A DNA stretch of 64,000 nt from Raillietiella orientalis (GCA_036172245.1 JAYWIR010000002.1:7068001-7132000); one strand, 5' to 3'; positions 1 through 13,728 are shown, counted from the stretch's first letter. Notes: generated by a model not told the origin, from the sequence alone. Numbers and translations: made by a program.

Positions 1-1192
1 TCGGTTCGAGCGGGAAGCGGCAGCGGCGGCGGCGGCAGGTGCGCGCCGAGTTGCCCCTCTCCTCGAGCAGGCGGGTAGATGCAGGGATGGAAGAATGGGA
101 GGGGGGTACAAGAAAGCATGCGGCGGCTAACTTGCTGCGACGGTTGCGAGACGATCCTCGGGAGACCAACGGACGCGCGCGTTCCGGGGCGCACTTCTTT
201 TTCTCTCCCCCTCCCCTCCCCCCCGTGCTGCTCGTACGCGCGTACGCACATTTCCCTCTCTCCTTTTTTTCCTAGTGCAAACATTGGCTGCCGCCTTCGA
301 GAGTTGAGCAAGACGGAAATGAAAAACGCAATTCGCCGAAGTGCAATTAAGCGATGGCTGGTGAAACGGAACCACCGAGGGTTTCCCAGAAAGGTCAACA
401 CAGAATTCCACAAGTTCCCGACGGACCCCCCCCCCCCCCCCAAAGGAACAGCGGCGAAAAAAGACGGCGACGACGAGGGAGAAGACATCTCCCTCCGATA
501 GACGTGGAAGGTTGTATCGATCGGCATTCCTTCGGTCGGTTCCTGCTCGACCGAGGACGCGGGTACCCCGAGCGACTACTTCCGACATCTCTGAGGAGGA
601 AGACGGCGAGGGAGGAGGAGGAAAATCCCTGCTCGTTTCCTCCTCTAGACGAGGTCCCTCCGAAGAGAAGGGAGGAGGAGCAGGCGGACGGGGTAGCTGA
701 GTGGACGGGAAGCGGCATTCTGGATCAAAATGAGGTCGCGAATAGGAATCCACGCAGCCGGCTGCTGTTTGCGGTCGAGTCGCCTTCTTCGATCTCTTCT
801 CCTAACCGTGAGAGAAACTCCAAGCTGCTGCTGCTGCTGCTGCACCGGAAAAGGACGCAACGGCTTCGTTCACCAGAGCGCCCCCGAACGAACAAACAAA
901 CGAAATACTAAAGACACCGTGCTGGTTGCAGAAGCAGCATCCGCCCATCTTCCCTGCTGCTGCTGCTGCAGCCTTGCGGTAAGAGAAAAAATCGAGAAGG
1001 ATCGCCCACGGGAGAGATGACAGCAGCACCAGAGCAGCGGCCCCCTCCTCCCCCGCCACGTTCCATCTCGGTTCAGATGCAGGGGCCTGGAGAAGGACGG
1101 GGAGGAGGAGAGTGACGCAACGTATGGAGAGATGCAAACGTGCGCCCGACTCCTTCCAGCGGGCGCACATCGACGGACACCGACTGCTCGCA

Positions 1193-1458
1193 TTGTTGCT
1201 GCTGTGCGCCCCTCACTCGCTCTCCCGCCCTCGTTGTTGCTGCTGTGCGCCCCTCACTCGCTCTCCCGCCCTCGTTGTTGCTGCTGTGCGCCCCTCACTC
1301 GCTCTCCCGCCCTCGTTGTTGCTGCTGTGCGCCCCTCACTCGCTCTCCCGCCCTCGTTGTTGCTGCTGTGCGCCCCTCACTCGCTCTCCCGCCCTCGTTG
1401 TTGCTGCTGTGCGCCCCTCACTCGCTCTCCCGCTCTCGTTGTTGCCTGTGCGCCCCTC
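1193..1458. repeat. 41-bp minisatellite, 6 full copies plus a degenerate 7th, inside KLF intron 2
   Basis: Unit TTGTTGCTGCTGTGCGCCCCTCACTCGCTCTCCCGCCCTCG starts at 1193, 1234, 1275, 1316, 1357 and 1398. Copy 6 has one substitution, and a decayed copy starts at 1439. Units are contiguous with no spacers. Confidence 0.97.
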
Positions 1459-4400
1459 CCTTTCTCATTGTTGCCTGTCCTTCTCCCCTTTCTCTCTCAC
1501 TGTGCGTGAGCCTCTCCGCTTCATCATATCATTTGTTTACTGGAAGCACCTGGGGGAATGAAGCCGGGAATACAACGGTGCAAAGTTTTTCCTGAAGGTT
1601 ACACGGGATGCACGCGTTTTCCCCGAAGGTTTCCCTATCCCGTGCTCCATCGGCTTCCATCACCACTGACGGGAAAAGCGGGAGGCGTCATCTTTCCTTC
1701 CGCCCAAACACAGGAGGGAGCCCGGTAGCGGCCAACAAGCGGAAAGGCAGCGCGCGCGCCACAAAGACGACGACGCTTGTTGCACAAGAGAAAGATCCGG
1801 CGCTAGGGATGCAGTTCCCGGAAGCCAAGGGGAGTATCGCTTCTTTCTCTGGATGATCGTGGGCATCAGCGGTCTCTAGAATCAAGAATTTCGTGTGCGT
1901 GCGTGTGTGTTTTTTTTCTTGGAGGGGAACCCCCATACGTCTATGGGGGTTTCCCAAGAAACGACTCCGTCAACAAGAAAAATCCGTTTCTAATGGCTTC
2001 TCTTCTGCCTCTTCTTGTGTCACAAGAGAAGAAGAGGGAGAGAGAGAAGCGGACCCGCGAGAGGGAGAGAGGAATTGATATCAATCAAAATGGTTTCCGG
2101 AGAGATGACCAGAATGAAGGACATAAAAACTAGAAGAAAAAAAAAAAAGAAAGAAAGAGGAGCGGCGAGCAACCAAGCAAATGCTTCCTGCTGGAATGCT
2201 TTATGGACAAGAAAATAGATCTTGAGAGAACGAGGGGAAAAGAAAGGGGAAGGGGGAGGGGGAGAAATCCGGGGGACGATAGCGCGGGTGATTTTTCCAC
2301 CGACAGGGCCGCGGCAGAGAACTCAAAGCTTTCCGTTTACTGCGGTCTACGGAAACGAGGGGTCCGACCGGAGCCGCTGCCGCATTCCTCCGTTCCCAGC
2401 CGCGAGGAAACGAGCGCGGTGCGGAAGCTACGTCTTTCGGAGTCCCGGCTCTCCCGAAGTCGTTCCCAGGCGCAGGTGGGAAAAGAAAAGGCTTCACTAC
2501 GCCTCTCCCACCCCCCCACCCCCCCCACCCATCACCGTCGAGGCAAAGCCCCGCGCGTTCTCCCCCGCTCCTTCTGTAACCGACCCACCCGCCAGCTCGA
2601 GAAAAAGCGGCGGCAGGGATCGAACGCGCGCGCGGAAGGGACGCCGTTCCCGAGATCCCAGCGGGATGCGGCGGCGGCGGCGGCGGCTGCTTCTTGCGAG
2701 TGTCGGCACCGCAGAATGCCGCCGTCAGGCAAAGTCAGCTGCCGTGTCTCTGAGACCCCCCCCCCCCCCTACGCGAAGATGCTTTGCCGAGCGCCAACAG
2801 TGGGCAGTTTTTCTTGGTCTCGGAAACGAGGGGGAGGAGGAGAGAGGTGGCGCCGAGTTCGGCTGGAACGATCAGGTGCGACGCTGAATTTCCACGGGGA
2901 TATCGGTGGGCATCCCTCGAAGAATGCACCACGTGCATCACAAAGGGCAGAGCGGCGGTGGCCGCCGCTGCTCGTGCGGCGCGCGGTTCCACCGCCCTCT
3001 GGGCATTCGCAATCATTTTCCCAAGAAGGTCGCGTGCTGCTGGTTCTTGAGCCCGGTCCCGCAAGATCCGGAAAGCGTCCCTCGCGAGCACCCTCTCTTC
3101 CAGCTCGCCTCTCCCTCCCTTCGTTCTCCCGCTTTTCCCTGTACGGCACCGACTCGCCGCTGCTGCTACGCAGCTCCCTCTCACTCACGCCCGCTCGCAT
3201 CCCGCCGACTCCGGCGGTTCGGGGACAGTGGACGAATGGACGCAGAGGGCTTCCTTCTCTTCCCCGTATTTCGGCTATTGAACGGCGTTGCGCGTGCGCA
3301 CCGTTCAACCTCGCCTGAGCTGTCTCCCATGACGATCCCTCGCAAGTTCCGCGCTTCTTCCCCCGATTCTGATAGTGACGGGTGGGAAGACAGGCTGTGG
3401 AGGAGGAAACGAAAATGGAGCAGGGGGGGAGAGTGGAGGCGAACAGCAACAGCAGGGGAAGGCTCCCGATCGCGCGTGAGGAGGGGCCAACCGAGGGCGA
3501 GTGGCGGCGGCGGCAGCGCTTCCCAAAGAATAGGAAGGTCCGTCCCTTCTCCTTCGTCCGAGCCAATCCGCCGCCACGTGACCAGCGAAATCCGCGCCCA
3601 GAAATTCATCGCCGGCTCCGCATTCCCCGTGCCCTTCCCACTTGTCTCCCGGTAATTGAGGACCCTCCGGTTCCCCCGCCTTACCTCCCTCTTGCGTTCG
3701 TCCCGCGGTCCCTGGACAGCGCAGCAGCTGACCGGATTGCGTGCCCCCCCCCCCCCATCGCCCACCCACTCTTTCCGGAGTTTCCGGCGGCCGCTCCCCC
3801 GCCGGTTTCCTCCTCCCCAACCCGACCTAAACGCGCAGGGGACGACACGGAACCACTCGCGAAGTGGCTGCGCGCAGGCGCTTTGTCTTTCCAGGCTCCC
3901 CCTCCTCGCCGACCCACGCGTCCCTCCGCCGCGAAGAACCGGGAAGAGGACGTTCCCGGGAGATCTCCCCAAGTTCCGAGGAGGTGGCGGAGTCTGGAGG
4001 GAGGAAGCGCCGAGAGCCGCCGTCCACCACCACCGTTTTGTTCTTCGCCCCGGGGCATTCGCCACTCTTTGTGTGCCACGCCGGCGGTGGCCCGGAGTTC
4101 CGGGAGGACCCCGCTCCCCAGGTCGAACAAGGGGGGGGGAGGACGCACGCGAAGCCCTGCGGGAAAAGCAGCAAGAGGGCACCAGGCTCGGTACGGGTGG
4201 TCCCTTCTCCAGGACAAAGCGACCCACCCATTCACTAAAGCGGAGGCGACAGCACGTCGAGCGGCGCCCTCCCCAGTCGCCCCGGCCTTGTCAGGTGATC
4301 TCCCTCGAGGCGCCGATCCTCTGCGAAAGAGCATCGGAGCACACTCCTGCAAGCCTTCACCCCGACTGGTGCCACGGGACCCTCTCCCTCGGGCTGGCTT

Positions 4401-7400
4401 GGACGGGGAACTCCTCTCGGAACGCGCACGTGCGTAAATCACGCGCGGTGAGCGGGCGACACGAGGGCCGGGAGACGCGCGGGAGCGTCACCTGGTCCTC
4501 CTGTCGCTGCGTGGCGCTGGGGTCGCTTCCCTCCTCTTGCGAGCGCGCGACACACCAGCCGAACCACGTGGACGGCTCCCTGCCTTCCCACGGGAAACCG
4601 CGATCCTCTCAGCAGCAGCAGCAGCAGTCACACGCGGGAAGGGGGGGAGCGCTGAAGGAATTCCGAGCACTCGGCGAGAGCCGAAGGTTAACGAAAGCGA
4701 CGGATACACGCACGCGCGCCATCCTGCGCCCTCGCAGAGCGCCGAAAAGAATGGAAACGCCGCCGGGGGAAGGGGAGGAGGTGGGGGGGATGAAACAGCG
4801 ATCCGAAGCGATGGAAACCATAATTGTGAGGAAACCCATCCGTGCAAAGATACAGAGGCAGCGGCGTGATCCAGAGAAAACCCAACTGCCGCTGTCTCCG
4901 CAGCTAGCTCGCGTGCGCGCGCGCGAACTGCTGCCGCCACTGCTGCTGCTGCTGCTGCGGCAGCAGCAGCAGCATTCAAGGTTGCGGAGTGGGAAAGGAG
5001 ACCGGGGTGCAACCAAGGAGACGCACGCACGCGTGCGTTTCGGAGAGGGGCGGAGGGGGGAGAGGGAATTGCGAGCACCCAAATGCGGATAATCAGTTAA
5101 TGGATGCTGCTAATTTCTGCAGTGGTAGCCAATGGGAGGAGGGGAAGCTGCGGGAAAGGCAAGGAGAGAGAGGGAAGAAGTGAGAGGGATCCCCGTCCGC
5201 AAGCAAAGACACCAACTCCACGGAAGATGCCCCTCGACGGGGAAGGACGGACGGACACCCCAGCGGCCAGGGAATGCGGTGAAATGGCAGAAGAAAGCGG
5301 ACGCCTTTCCCCACCCCACCACCCACGAAGTGTTCGAACGACGGGCGACACGGAGGTGGGCCTCTTCCTTGCACCTCTCCCTCTTCCGTCATCATTCGCT
5401 CCCCCCAAAGGCGACTCCAGAAGATGAGCGTGGCCGGTCGGAAGACCGGGAGATCCGCCCCCTTCCCCTGCCTTTCTGCTGCCGCCGCGTTTCCGCAGAA
5501 ACTGGCCTTAAGGCAGGGGAAACGGGAGGGGGGAGAGAAAGTCATCCCCCAGCTGCAGGGCGCCTCCGCATTGCGCGCTTGAGCCTCCCCTCCCCTTCCG
5601 ATCCGAGGGCCCCCAGGGAGCAGCGACCGCCGTCGACGTCACGAGCGAGAGGGAGCCTGGGGGTCGCTCGCACAAGCGAAAGGATCGGACAGGAATAGTG
5701 GCGGAGACGGATAGGAGGAAAAAGCGGGAAAAATCCCCCCTCTTCCCGGCCCGCCCCCCTTATGCGGAAAGCGGGACGTACTGCACTCCCGTCTGCTCGC
5801 TCGAGGGACAAAGGGACGGACGCAGCCCGGGCATCTCTCCAGAGGCGGAGTTCAGGTCGCGAGACCCCCCTCTCCCGACGCGGTGCTGCTGCTGTTGCCC
5901 CGAGGCGCAGCGGACGGATGGGGTTGGCAGGAAGAGAAGGACGGGGTGCTTTCCGACGTGGACTGACCCGACACGGGACGTCAGGGAGAAAGGAGGCGTT
6001 TCCCAAGAAAGGAGGGGAGGGAAGGAATGGAAGGGAGTCCAGAACACACGGAATCCGGGATGGAGATGGGGGAGGATGCAAGCAGGCAGGATGGTCAGCG
6101 AGTAGAGGCTCTCGGCCAGATGCCGGTGATGGGGAGGATGGACAGGGGGGAGGGGAGACGACGGGCAAACCTGAGGGAAGGTGAGGGGCGAAGGGAAGAG
6201 AAAGAGAGAGAGACGGTAGGGGTAGTGGCCCCTCCGTTCAGAGAACTCGGTGGATATCAGCGTGTCACGCGTGGTCGCCTATCTCCGATAGGGGGGGGGA
6301 CACACCAACGGTCCGCGGGAGCGTCAGAATAAAAGCCGCCTCTCTCCCCCTCCCCTCCTCCGGGAGGCCCCTCGAACGCTCCTGCCCTTTGGCGCCCGCC
6401 GCCCTTCCCTCCCTCCCGTTCGGGAAAAAAACGAGCGCGACCGGGAACGGCACCGAGGTGTCAGGATGTTCGTTACCGCGGAAACGGGAGGCGGCGAAGC
6501 AAGTCTCCTCACACGAGCAGAGGAGAGAGAGGGGAGAGACTCGGGGAGGGGGGGAGGGGAAGCGTTCCGTCGATGTCACGCTCCCACGCACATCCTCCCA
6601 CACGCAGCCGCCGCGCGCTTCCTCCTCCTCTTTGGCAGTCGCAGCGAGCAACGCGATCCATGCCCCCCTTCATCTTCCTCCGAAGCAACAATTCCCAAGT
6701 CCGCCCCCCCCCCCCCCACGCAAACAAGGGGACGAAGAGGAGGGTCACGCCCCCTCGCCACGGACTGGTGCCTGCGGCAGCCTTCCTCGGGGCAAGGAGA
6801 AAGAAGCGAGGGTCCACCAAGAAGGCGTGGAGAGGGATAGGGAGGAAAGAGGTCAACAACCCAGGGGCGACTCCACAGCATTCTCCGCCTGCCCCCATCG
6901 AAGGCGCTGCTGATGGCGAGCGAACGCAGAGGTAGTGGCGCCTTCGAAAAGCAGAGGCCGCCGCAGCCCCGAGGACGTCCTCCAGTGGGCACATGGGCGT
7001 GGGATGAGAAGGGGGAGGAGGGGATGTAGGTGCGAGGGAGGGAGCACCCCGCTGCAACGGTTGCTGCTGGGGGGTGGGGGATGTGGGGCAGATGCAACGG
7101 GCTATCCCTGCCGCGATGACACGCAGAGGCACGTGAGCGCATCGCCAGGCGACGGGAGTCTGGAGAAGCCCAACCTCTTTTTCCAGGTCTTTCCTCCCTC
7201 TCCCACACACTGCAAAGTGGAGGACGGGGCGAAGGCTCCGAACGGTGGTGGGCAGGGAACTTCAGGGCGGGGGACGATCCAGGAAAACGCGGCACCTCCT
7301 CCGCCTACCCGTTCCTCCCCCCCCCCCCCCCACTTCACCCCATCCCCTCCGTTTCGCGCAGAGGCGAGGAGAGTGGAGAAGAGCCGACAGGACCTCTTTC

Positions 7401-8903
7401 ACACCCACCGCTCTGCTCGTCCTCCGTGCAGAGACTCGAGTCGGGGATGTTCCGTTTCCATGGAAATTCCCTCCTCCTCCTCTGCAGGAAGCCGACGGGA
7501 GAACTGGACAAGACAACTGGGGTTATCCCACTCCTTCCGCCAGCGTGATATTTCCTCCTTCCTTCTCCCCCCCTCCCTCCATTCCGAATAGGGGCCACAA
7601 CCGCGACAATTGGGCAAAGGAGAAAGAGAGAGAGAGAGAGCGGACGGGGGATGCTCGGATGTGAATGCAGCCCTAGTCGCCGTCCCTCCTCCGTAGGGGG
7701 GAAGGGGGACCGCCCGCCCTGCAGGCGTTTTTTCCGACTACACCCTAGAGGGCCTGAAGACGGTAGGAAACTTGGAAAAAAGAGAGAAAGGGGAGAAGAG
7801 GGAACAGAGGGGGCGGGCAAAAAAAGCTGAGCCGAAAGACGTCGTTTTCCCTCCCCCTTCCCCGAGCGGCGGAGGGGGGAGATCGCCCTTCTCGTCTGGT
7901 CCTCCCTTCCTCTCTCCCCATTTTTCTCCCTCGCGTCCGAGGAGAGGGCGACGGAGAGAGAGAAAGCGAGGAAGAAGGGGGCTCCGAGCGCGCGGGCGGC
8001 GGGGAATTCTTGCCGCCGCCGTGCGGCAGAGGCGGCGGTTGGCAACGAGCCGGCCAACGACGATGACCTTGAAGGAAACTCGCAGGAGCGCTGAGGGGGG
8101 GGGGGAGGGGGAGGAGGAGGAGATGCAGAAGAATGCGAGACGATGTGGGGATGGACGTCATCCTTCCTCCTCCTTTTCCCTCCCGCCGCCACCGCCGGGA
8201 GCGCTCGCTTTCCTCTCTCCTCGCGCGCGCCCGGGGTCCTCCGCCAGTGCTGCTCGAGGGATGGCGGGCGGACGGACGGACAGCGCCCCAGGAGTCGGAT
8301 CTGCAATCGGGTAAAGGAATGGACACGAGAGGAGGGGGGAGAGGGACGATCGCTTCCGTCGCTGCCACCGATCGGCACAGCCGACTGCTGGAGAGCGCCT
8401 TAACAGCAACGGCAGCGGACGCGCGCGGTGACCATGACAACCTATCCCCTCCCCTCGTCCCCTCCTTCGCTTTGCCTAGAGTTCCTCCGGGAGAAAACGG
8501 GGGGGTAGAGGGAGGACAAGACGGAGGAGGGACGCGCGCGCGGGCAGGTGGTGGAGGAACAGGAAGAAAAAGGCCGTCGGTCGAATGCGCGTGCCCCACT
8601 TCCCTTTCCCCTCCTCCTCTTCCGTTTCCCGTCCCGGGGTAGGGGTGGAGGGCGAACGACATAACCCCGCGCCTGCGTCGCCGCTGCCTCCGAGCCGTTC
8701 TCGGCCCCGTGACGAGAGCGGAGGTTTCTCCCTTCGAGAGGAAAAAGAGGGAAGGAAGGGGAGACGGGGACAAGCGAGGTGGAATAGGGAGGGAGGGAGG
8801 AGACGGACGCCTCCTAGGAACCCTCCCTCCCGTGCCCAGCCCCCTCTCCTCTCCCCTCACAGCCGAGCAGGGCGTAGGGGGCGTGGGGGCCGAAAAGACC
8901 TAC

Positions 8904-11900
8904 CTGTGTGGGTCCTCAGGTGCGCCTTCAGGTGGGAGCTCTTGGTGTACACCTTCTTGCAGCCTTGAAACTGGCACCTGTGGATGCGCCTCTTGGCGTC
9001 CGCGGCGGCGGCGAGGTCATGGCCGAACCGCCCCCTGCCGGTGGCGGCGGACAGAGAGAGCAGGCGAGACACCTTCCTGGCCGAGGAGAGTTTCAGGACC
9101 GCCTGCGTCACCATGGAGGTCGTCTTGCTGCGGGGAGGACTAGAGGAGGGGAGGGCGGGCGACAGGGAGTGGCGGCCGCCTCCACGGTGGTGGTGGTGGT
9201 GGTGGTGATGGGGGTGGTGGTGGGAATGGTGGTGGGAGTGGTGGTGGTGGTGGTGATGATGGTGGGGGTGGTGGTGGTGGGAGTGGGGGTGGGGGTGGGG
9301 GTGATAAGCGGGGGGGGATCGCTTGACCTCCGTCTCTGGGTCGCTGTCGCTCTCGGAGAGCTTCAGCTCGCTGCCGCTGGAGGAATCCCCGCTCTTCGTC
9401 AGGGACCCCCAGGACAGCAGCGACAGCCCGGAGGCCGAGGACTTGAGGGACAGCGGACTGCCCTGAGAGGAAATCTCTTTGAAACAGTCCAAGAGGTCGA
9501 GGTCGCCGCCGGAGAGGATGACCTCGCTCGTTATCACAGTCTGAATGGAGTCACTCGGGTCACTCGGACCGATGTCGGATGGGACCGTGAAAGTGTGCCA
9601 CGGGGTATCGAGGTCGTTGGGGAGCTTCTTGTAGGACTGCAGCCGCGGCTCGTCTTTGAGGTACCTGTCCATCTCGTAGCAGGTCTGGAAGACAAACACT
9701 CCCGGGTCACACACGCACGCACGCACTCGCTGGCGGCCCCGCCCTCTTCCCCCTTCCGGCAGAGGCTGAACGCAGGAGGGGCGGGAGGACCACACCTTCC
9801 TTTCGGTCCTTTTGAGATCGTTCCTGCCTGCCAGGCTCGCTTACTCCTTCCGGCACCTGCCCCCCCCCGTTGTGTGAGTGGGAGGAGGAGGAGGAAAAGA
9901 GGCGACCTGCGCCCTCCTCCCGACAGCACACTGTGGTGATTGCGTCTCCCTCCCAGGGAAACGAGAGAAGGCGCATCTTCGGGACTGGGGGGTGGGCAGA
10001 GAGAGAAGGTTCCTCGAGGGGGGAGAGGACACTGCCGGAGGTGGTTCCGCTTCCCCCCTTCCCGCCCTCATCGCGAGCACCGTCGAGGGCGGAGATAGAA
10101 AACAGGGGGGAGCGACAAGAAGGCAGCGCCGAGGAGGGGAACCGGGACTCCCCGAGGGAGAGAGCCGGAACCCGGAAAACGGAACGGAGGAAGCGCGCGA
10201 CCGGGATCGGCGCGGAGCCGGAAGCGAGGTGGAGGCGCTCGCTCGCGGAAGCGCGAGAGCGCTCGGAAAGGAAGCGGAGGAACTGGGCGTGGGAGAAGAG
10301 GCGACGGAATCCCGCCGAGCCTGTTGGGAAGAAAACCTTCCCGTCGGGGGCAGGATGGCAAGCGAGCGCCACGCCAACCTCGCGGGCTTCCGTCGCCATC
10401 CAACCACCTTCCCTAGAAAGTCACCCCGTGGTGATTCCCCCCCCCCTCCCTGCCCCCTAAATCCCGGATCCAGGAGGCACGGAACGCGGGGCAAAGCTCG
10501 CCCGCCCCCCCTGAGGGTGCCAGCCCAGAGGTGTCGGGGGAAGGGGGGGCATGCCCCGGGGAGATCTGTCAGGACGTCCGGCAGCCGGAAGGAGTCTCGC
10601 CGCGTCCGCAGGTTGGCTACGCGCAAGGAAATGTTCCATAGGGCGCCACGCCCTACCCCCTCGCTGCCACTCTTCCCTAGGCTGAAGAGAACAGCTGGAA
10701 ACACCGATCGGAAAAAAAGCAGCCCTCAAGGGCAGAGGCTCGGCATTGGGGCAACCCGTGTCCCTCGGACGTGCATCTTCGATTCCGACGCACAGTGGCC
10801 TCCGCATCCACCGGCCGCGGTCTCACTTCGCGCCCTGCCTCTGTTGCCGGGGTGACCGGCAGGCCAGTCGGTCGGCACTCGCGCGCGAAAGCCGTTGGCG
10901 CCCTGCCGAGACTGCACCCGCAAGCAGGGAACGAGAAGTGGGGGCGGCAGTTCGGGATCTCCCCCTGGGAGCGCCCTAGATTCTTTCTCCGTTACCTCCA
11001 CCAGCAAAACAACAACAGGGGGAAAAAAAAACGTGCAGCAACCCTGGCGCGGCAACACAAGAGGATCCGGGACCCCCGGAACAGCGTTCCTGGCATGCGG
11101 GCTTCCCACTCGTGTGATTCCGAGAAACCCTCGTCCGCCAGGATGACTCACCACCTCTCTCCCTCTCTCTTTCGCCCGCGCGCGCTCCGGGCGCGGTCTC
11201 TCTCCCCCCCCCCCCTCCCTCCGCCGCTGCCGCCGCTTTCTTCTGCCGGGAAAGGGAGCGACGTCACTGCACCCGGAATCGGAAAACGCCGCTCCCTGCA
11301 ACGGAATCTTCCTCGTCGACCACCCTCTTTCCCGCATCCTCCCGAGCTGAGGGACGACGGAAGTCGTCGTCGTTGTCCCCCTTCGCAACACGCGTCGCCA
11401 TTCGCGGAAGGAGAGTGCGCTGCCTCTCCCGGGGGAGGAAGGAAAGTGAAGGAAGGCAGAAAAGAGAACATCCTCGGAGCGGCGATGGGGAGCGGGGAAG
11501 GGAGGAGGAGGACGTTCTGGACGTTTCGTCGTCGTCTGGAGCGGGGACCTCCAGTGGATCCAGCGCGATCCTTGCGCGCGTGCGCGTCGCCGAGACAGAA
11601 AGCGAAGCGGGCAAAAAGAAGAAAGGGGAGGAAAGGGGGAAGGGAGCCTTGGAATGAGGTGTGTGGGAAGAAAGGGCAACGCTTGAAGCAGACAGCCTTA
11701 CTGCACGGAGCGCGCGTGCTCCTCGACGCGAGCGCGCCGTGCGGCAAAGCGCAGAGAGAGAGGGAGAGACCAGATCGGATGAGCCACGCGCAGCACTCCG
11801 ATCGGGAGATCTTCGGCGGGGGAGGAGGAGAGACGCGATCGGAGGGCCACGGAACGGCGCCGAAAGGGTTTCTCTCGCCGTCTCCCCCCTCCCTTCTCCT

Positions 11901-13624
11901 TCGAGAACACGCTGCGCCTCCCCCCTCGCACTGTTCCCGCGAAAAACGGGGAGCGGGAAGGGAGTGGAGCGGTGGAGGGGGGGTAGTTTCATCCCGCAAA
12001 TCCCTGAAGAAGCGACCCGACTTCCAGGAGAAAGCTCGAGGGAACCGTCTGGCTGTCCTTCTGTCCCTACCCCTCCGCTGCGGGACGTGGGAACGCAGGA
12101 TCGAGGAGCGATCAAATCGGAGTAACTCGGAAGCGTTCCCTGGGGCGGTCCGTTTCCGTTCCACCGACGTCCGGAAGTCCGTCCTCCTCACCCCGTCCCT
12201 TCTCGTCACAACACCGACTACAGTAGGAGGGGCCCTCAGGGAAAGCGAAGGGACTTTCGATGCCCCTGGGAGCAAGGACGTGCGCCTGGGACGCCATCCA
12301 CATGGGAGCCCCCCCCCCTTTTTTCGGAGAGAGGGCGAGGGGAGAACTTTCGCCCTTCCAGAAAGCGCCGACCCCACTCGGGATTCTGCGCGGAACCCTT
12401 GCGAGTGTCCGCCCACCCGCTCGCCTCCCTCGCCCGACCGGAATGAGTGAGGGCTAGTGGATCCCCACATACACCTAGAGGCGGGCCGCTAGGGCGCAAG
12501 GGGAGGCGGAAATGCTGACGGTCGCCCGCACGACGGAAAGGCTCTTCCCGAGGGCGGCGCGCGCCGAAGGGACGGGGACGCACACTTCGGCCACTACCCT
12601 TACCCCCCTTCATTTCCGGGAAATACCACCCCTTGGAGGCTCCCCGCGCGGCTACTGCGCTATTTATAGACGGACGCATGAGAGATGCAGCATCCGCACA
12701 GACCGTCGAGTCGGGCGACGCGCCATCTCCCGCCGTTCCCTCCTCTTCCTCCTCGCCCCACGAGACCCCCGCAAACTGTCCGGGAGCAGGGGGAGAGTTC
12801 CCCACTCACCGCCTCCCACCCCCCTTCGCAACGAAAAAAGGGCCGGAGGGGGGGGCTTGGAGGGGCGCTCAGGACGGAGGCATCCTACGACCCCCTTCTT
12901 GGCAGCCTCATGCACTCATCGCCTACTCTCCCCCTCCCGCTCACCCGCGTGGTTCAGGAAGGACGGGACGCCCCGACAGGGCGCGCGGCGAAACGCTCTC
13001 TGGGCCCGTCGCAGGCCGCCGCCGAGCATCCGCGAGAGGAGGCGTACAACCCCCCCCCCCCCCCCCCCAGACGGGGAAGGGAAGGAGGGGGGCGAATACG
13101 CAGGACACGCGCTCGCAACCCCTTCCCGTCCTCAAGTGCGTGCTGCGTTTCCGTAGGGCTGCCAGCTACCTTCCGCCTTCCACGGGTCTACAGGACTCCG
13201 GTGGCATGAGCGCGACGAGCGCGGCTCTGCCCCGAGGGGCCTTTGCTGCGGGCCCCACCACCACAGCGAAGGGGGCTGGCCCGCACTCCTCCCGGCTGGG
13301 GTGGGGGGAAAGGGGCGGAAGAAGGACGGTGGTGACGACCAGATTCCGAACGGGCTGGAGCCGGGCCGGGGAAGGGACGGAAGCGTCTGTCTCCTCCGTT
13401 CGGGTCCAGGCTGGGTCGTGAAGAGGGAAGCGAGGTGAGAGACAAGGAAGGGGGGAGGGGGAAGGGGAGGGAAGCAGCGAGGGCGGAGTCGCGGGAGGGG
13501 GGGAGCAAGGCGTCCGCCCTACCTGGTGCCAGTAATCCTCCAGGGACTGCTGCGCCGAAAAGTAGCCGTAGTCGTGCACCACCTCGAGTTCGTTGAAGAT
13601 GCTGCCGCTGGGGATCACATCCAT
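8904..13624 (-). CDS. luna: Kruppel-like factor 6/7 (luna-type) C2H2 transcription factor; 5' part only, zinc fingers 2-3 lie left of the window
   Basis: Exon 1, 13624-13523 (34 codons), reads [34 protein letters not shown] followed by gtaggg. Exon 2, 9684-8904, starts after ttccag and reads [22 protein letters not shown]...[29 protein letters not shown](G) followed by gtaggt. This matches the KLF6/7 acidic activation domain, the first KLF finger and the known KLF6 intron positions. No EKPY..RFARSDELTRH exon was seen in 1-8903, so intron 2 is longer than 8.9 kb. Confidence 0.93.
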
Positions 13625-13728
13625 GCCGTCGGGTCACTGACGACGGCGTTCGTAGGCGCCACCACCTCCTCCTGACAAGACCACACGTGCGCGTGTGAGT
13701 GTGAGCATGGGAGGAGTGTGTGCGTGGG

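Noticed and set aside
1193..1458. CRISPR-like array
   Set aside because: The repeats are contiguous with no unique spacers, there are no cas genes, and the context is eukaryotic.
8908..9939. 343-aa plus-strand ORF with a poly-Val stretch
   Set aside because: It is the antisense shadow of KLF exon 2; CAC repeats read as GTG.
2203..12470. Long ORFs such as 2203-3318, 3656-5092, 10771-12450 and 11148-12470
   Set aside because: These are Arg/Pro/Gly-rich translations open in several frames on both strands, as expected from stop-codon scarcity in GC-rich intronic DNA. They show no domains.
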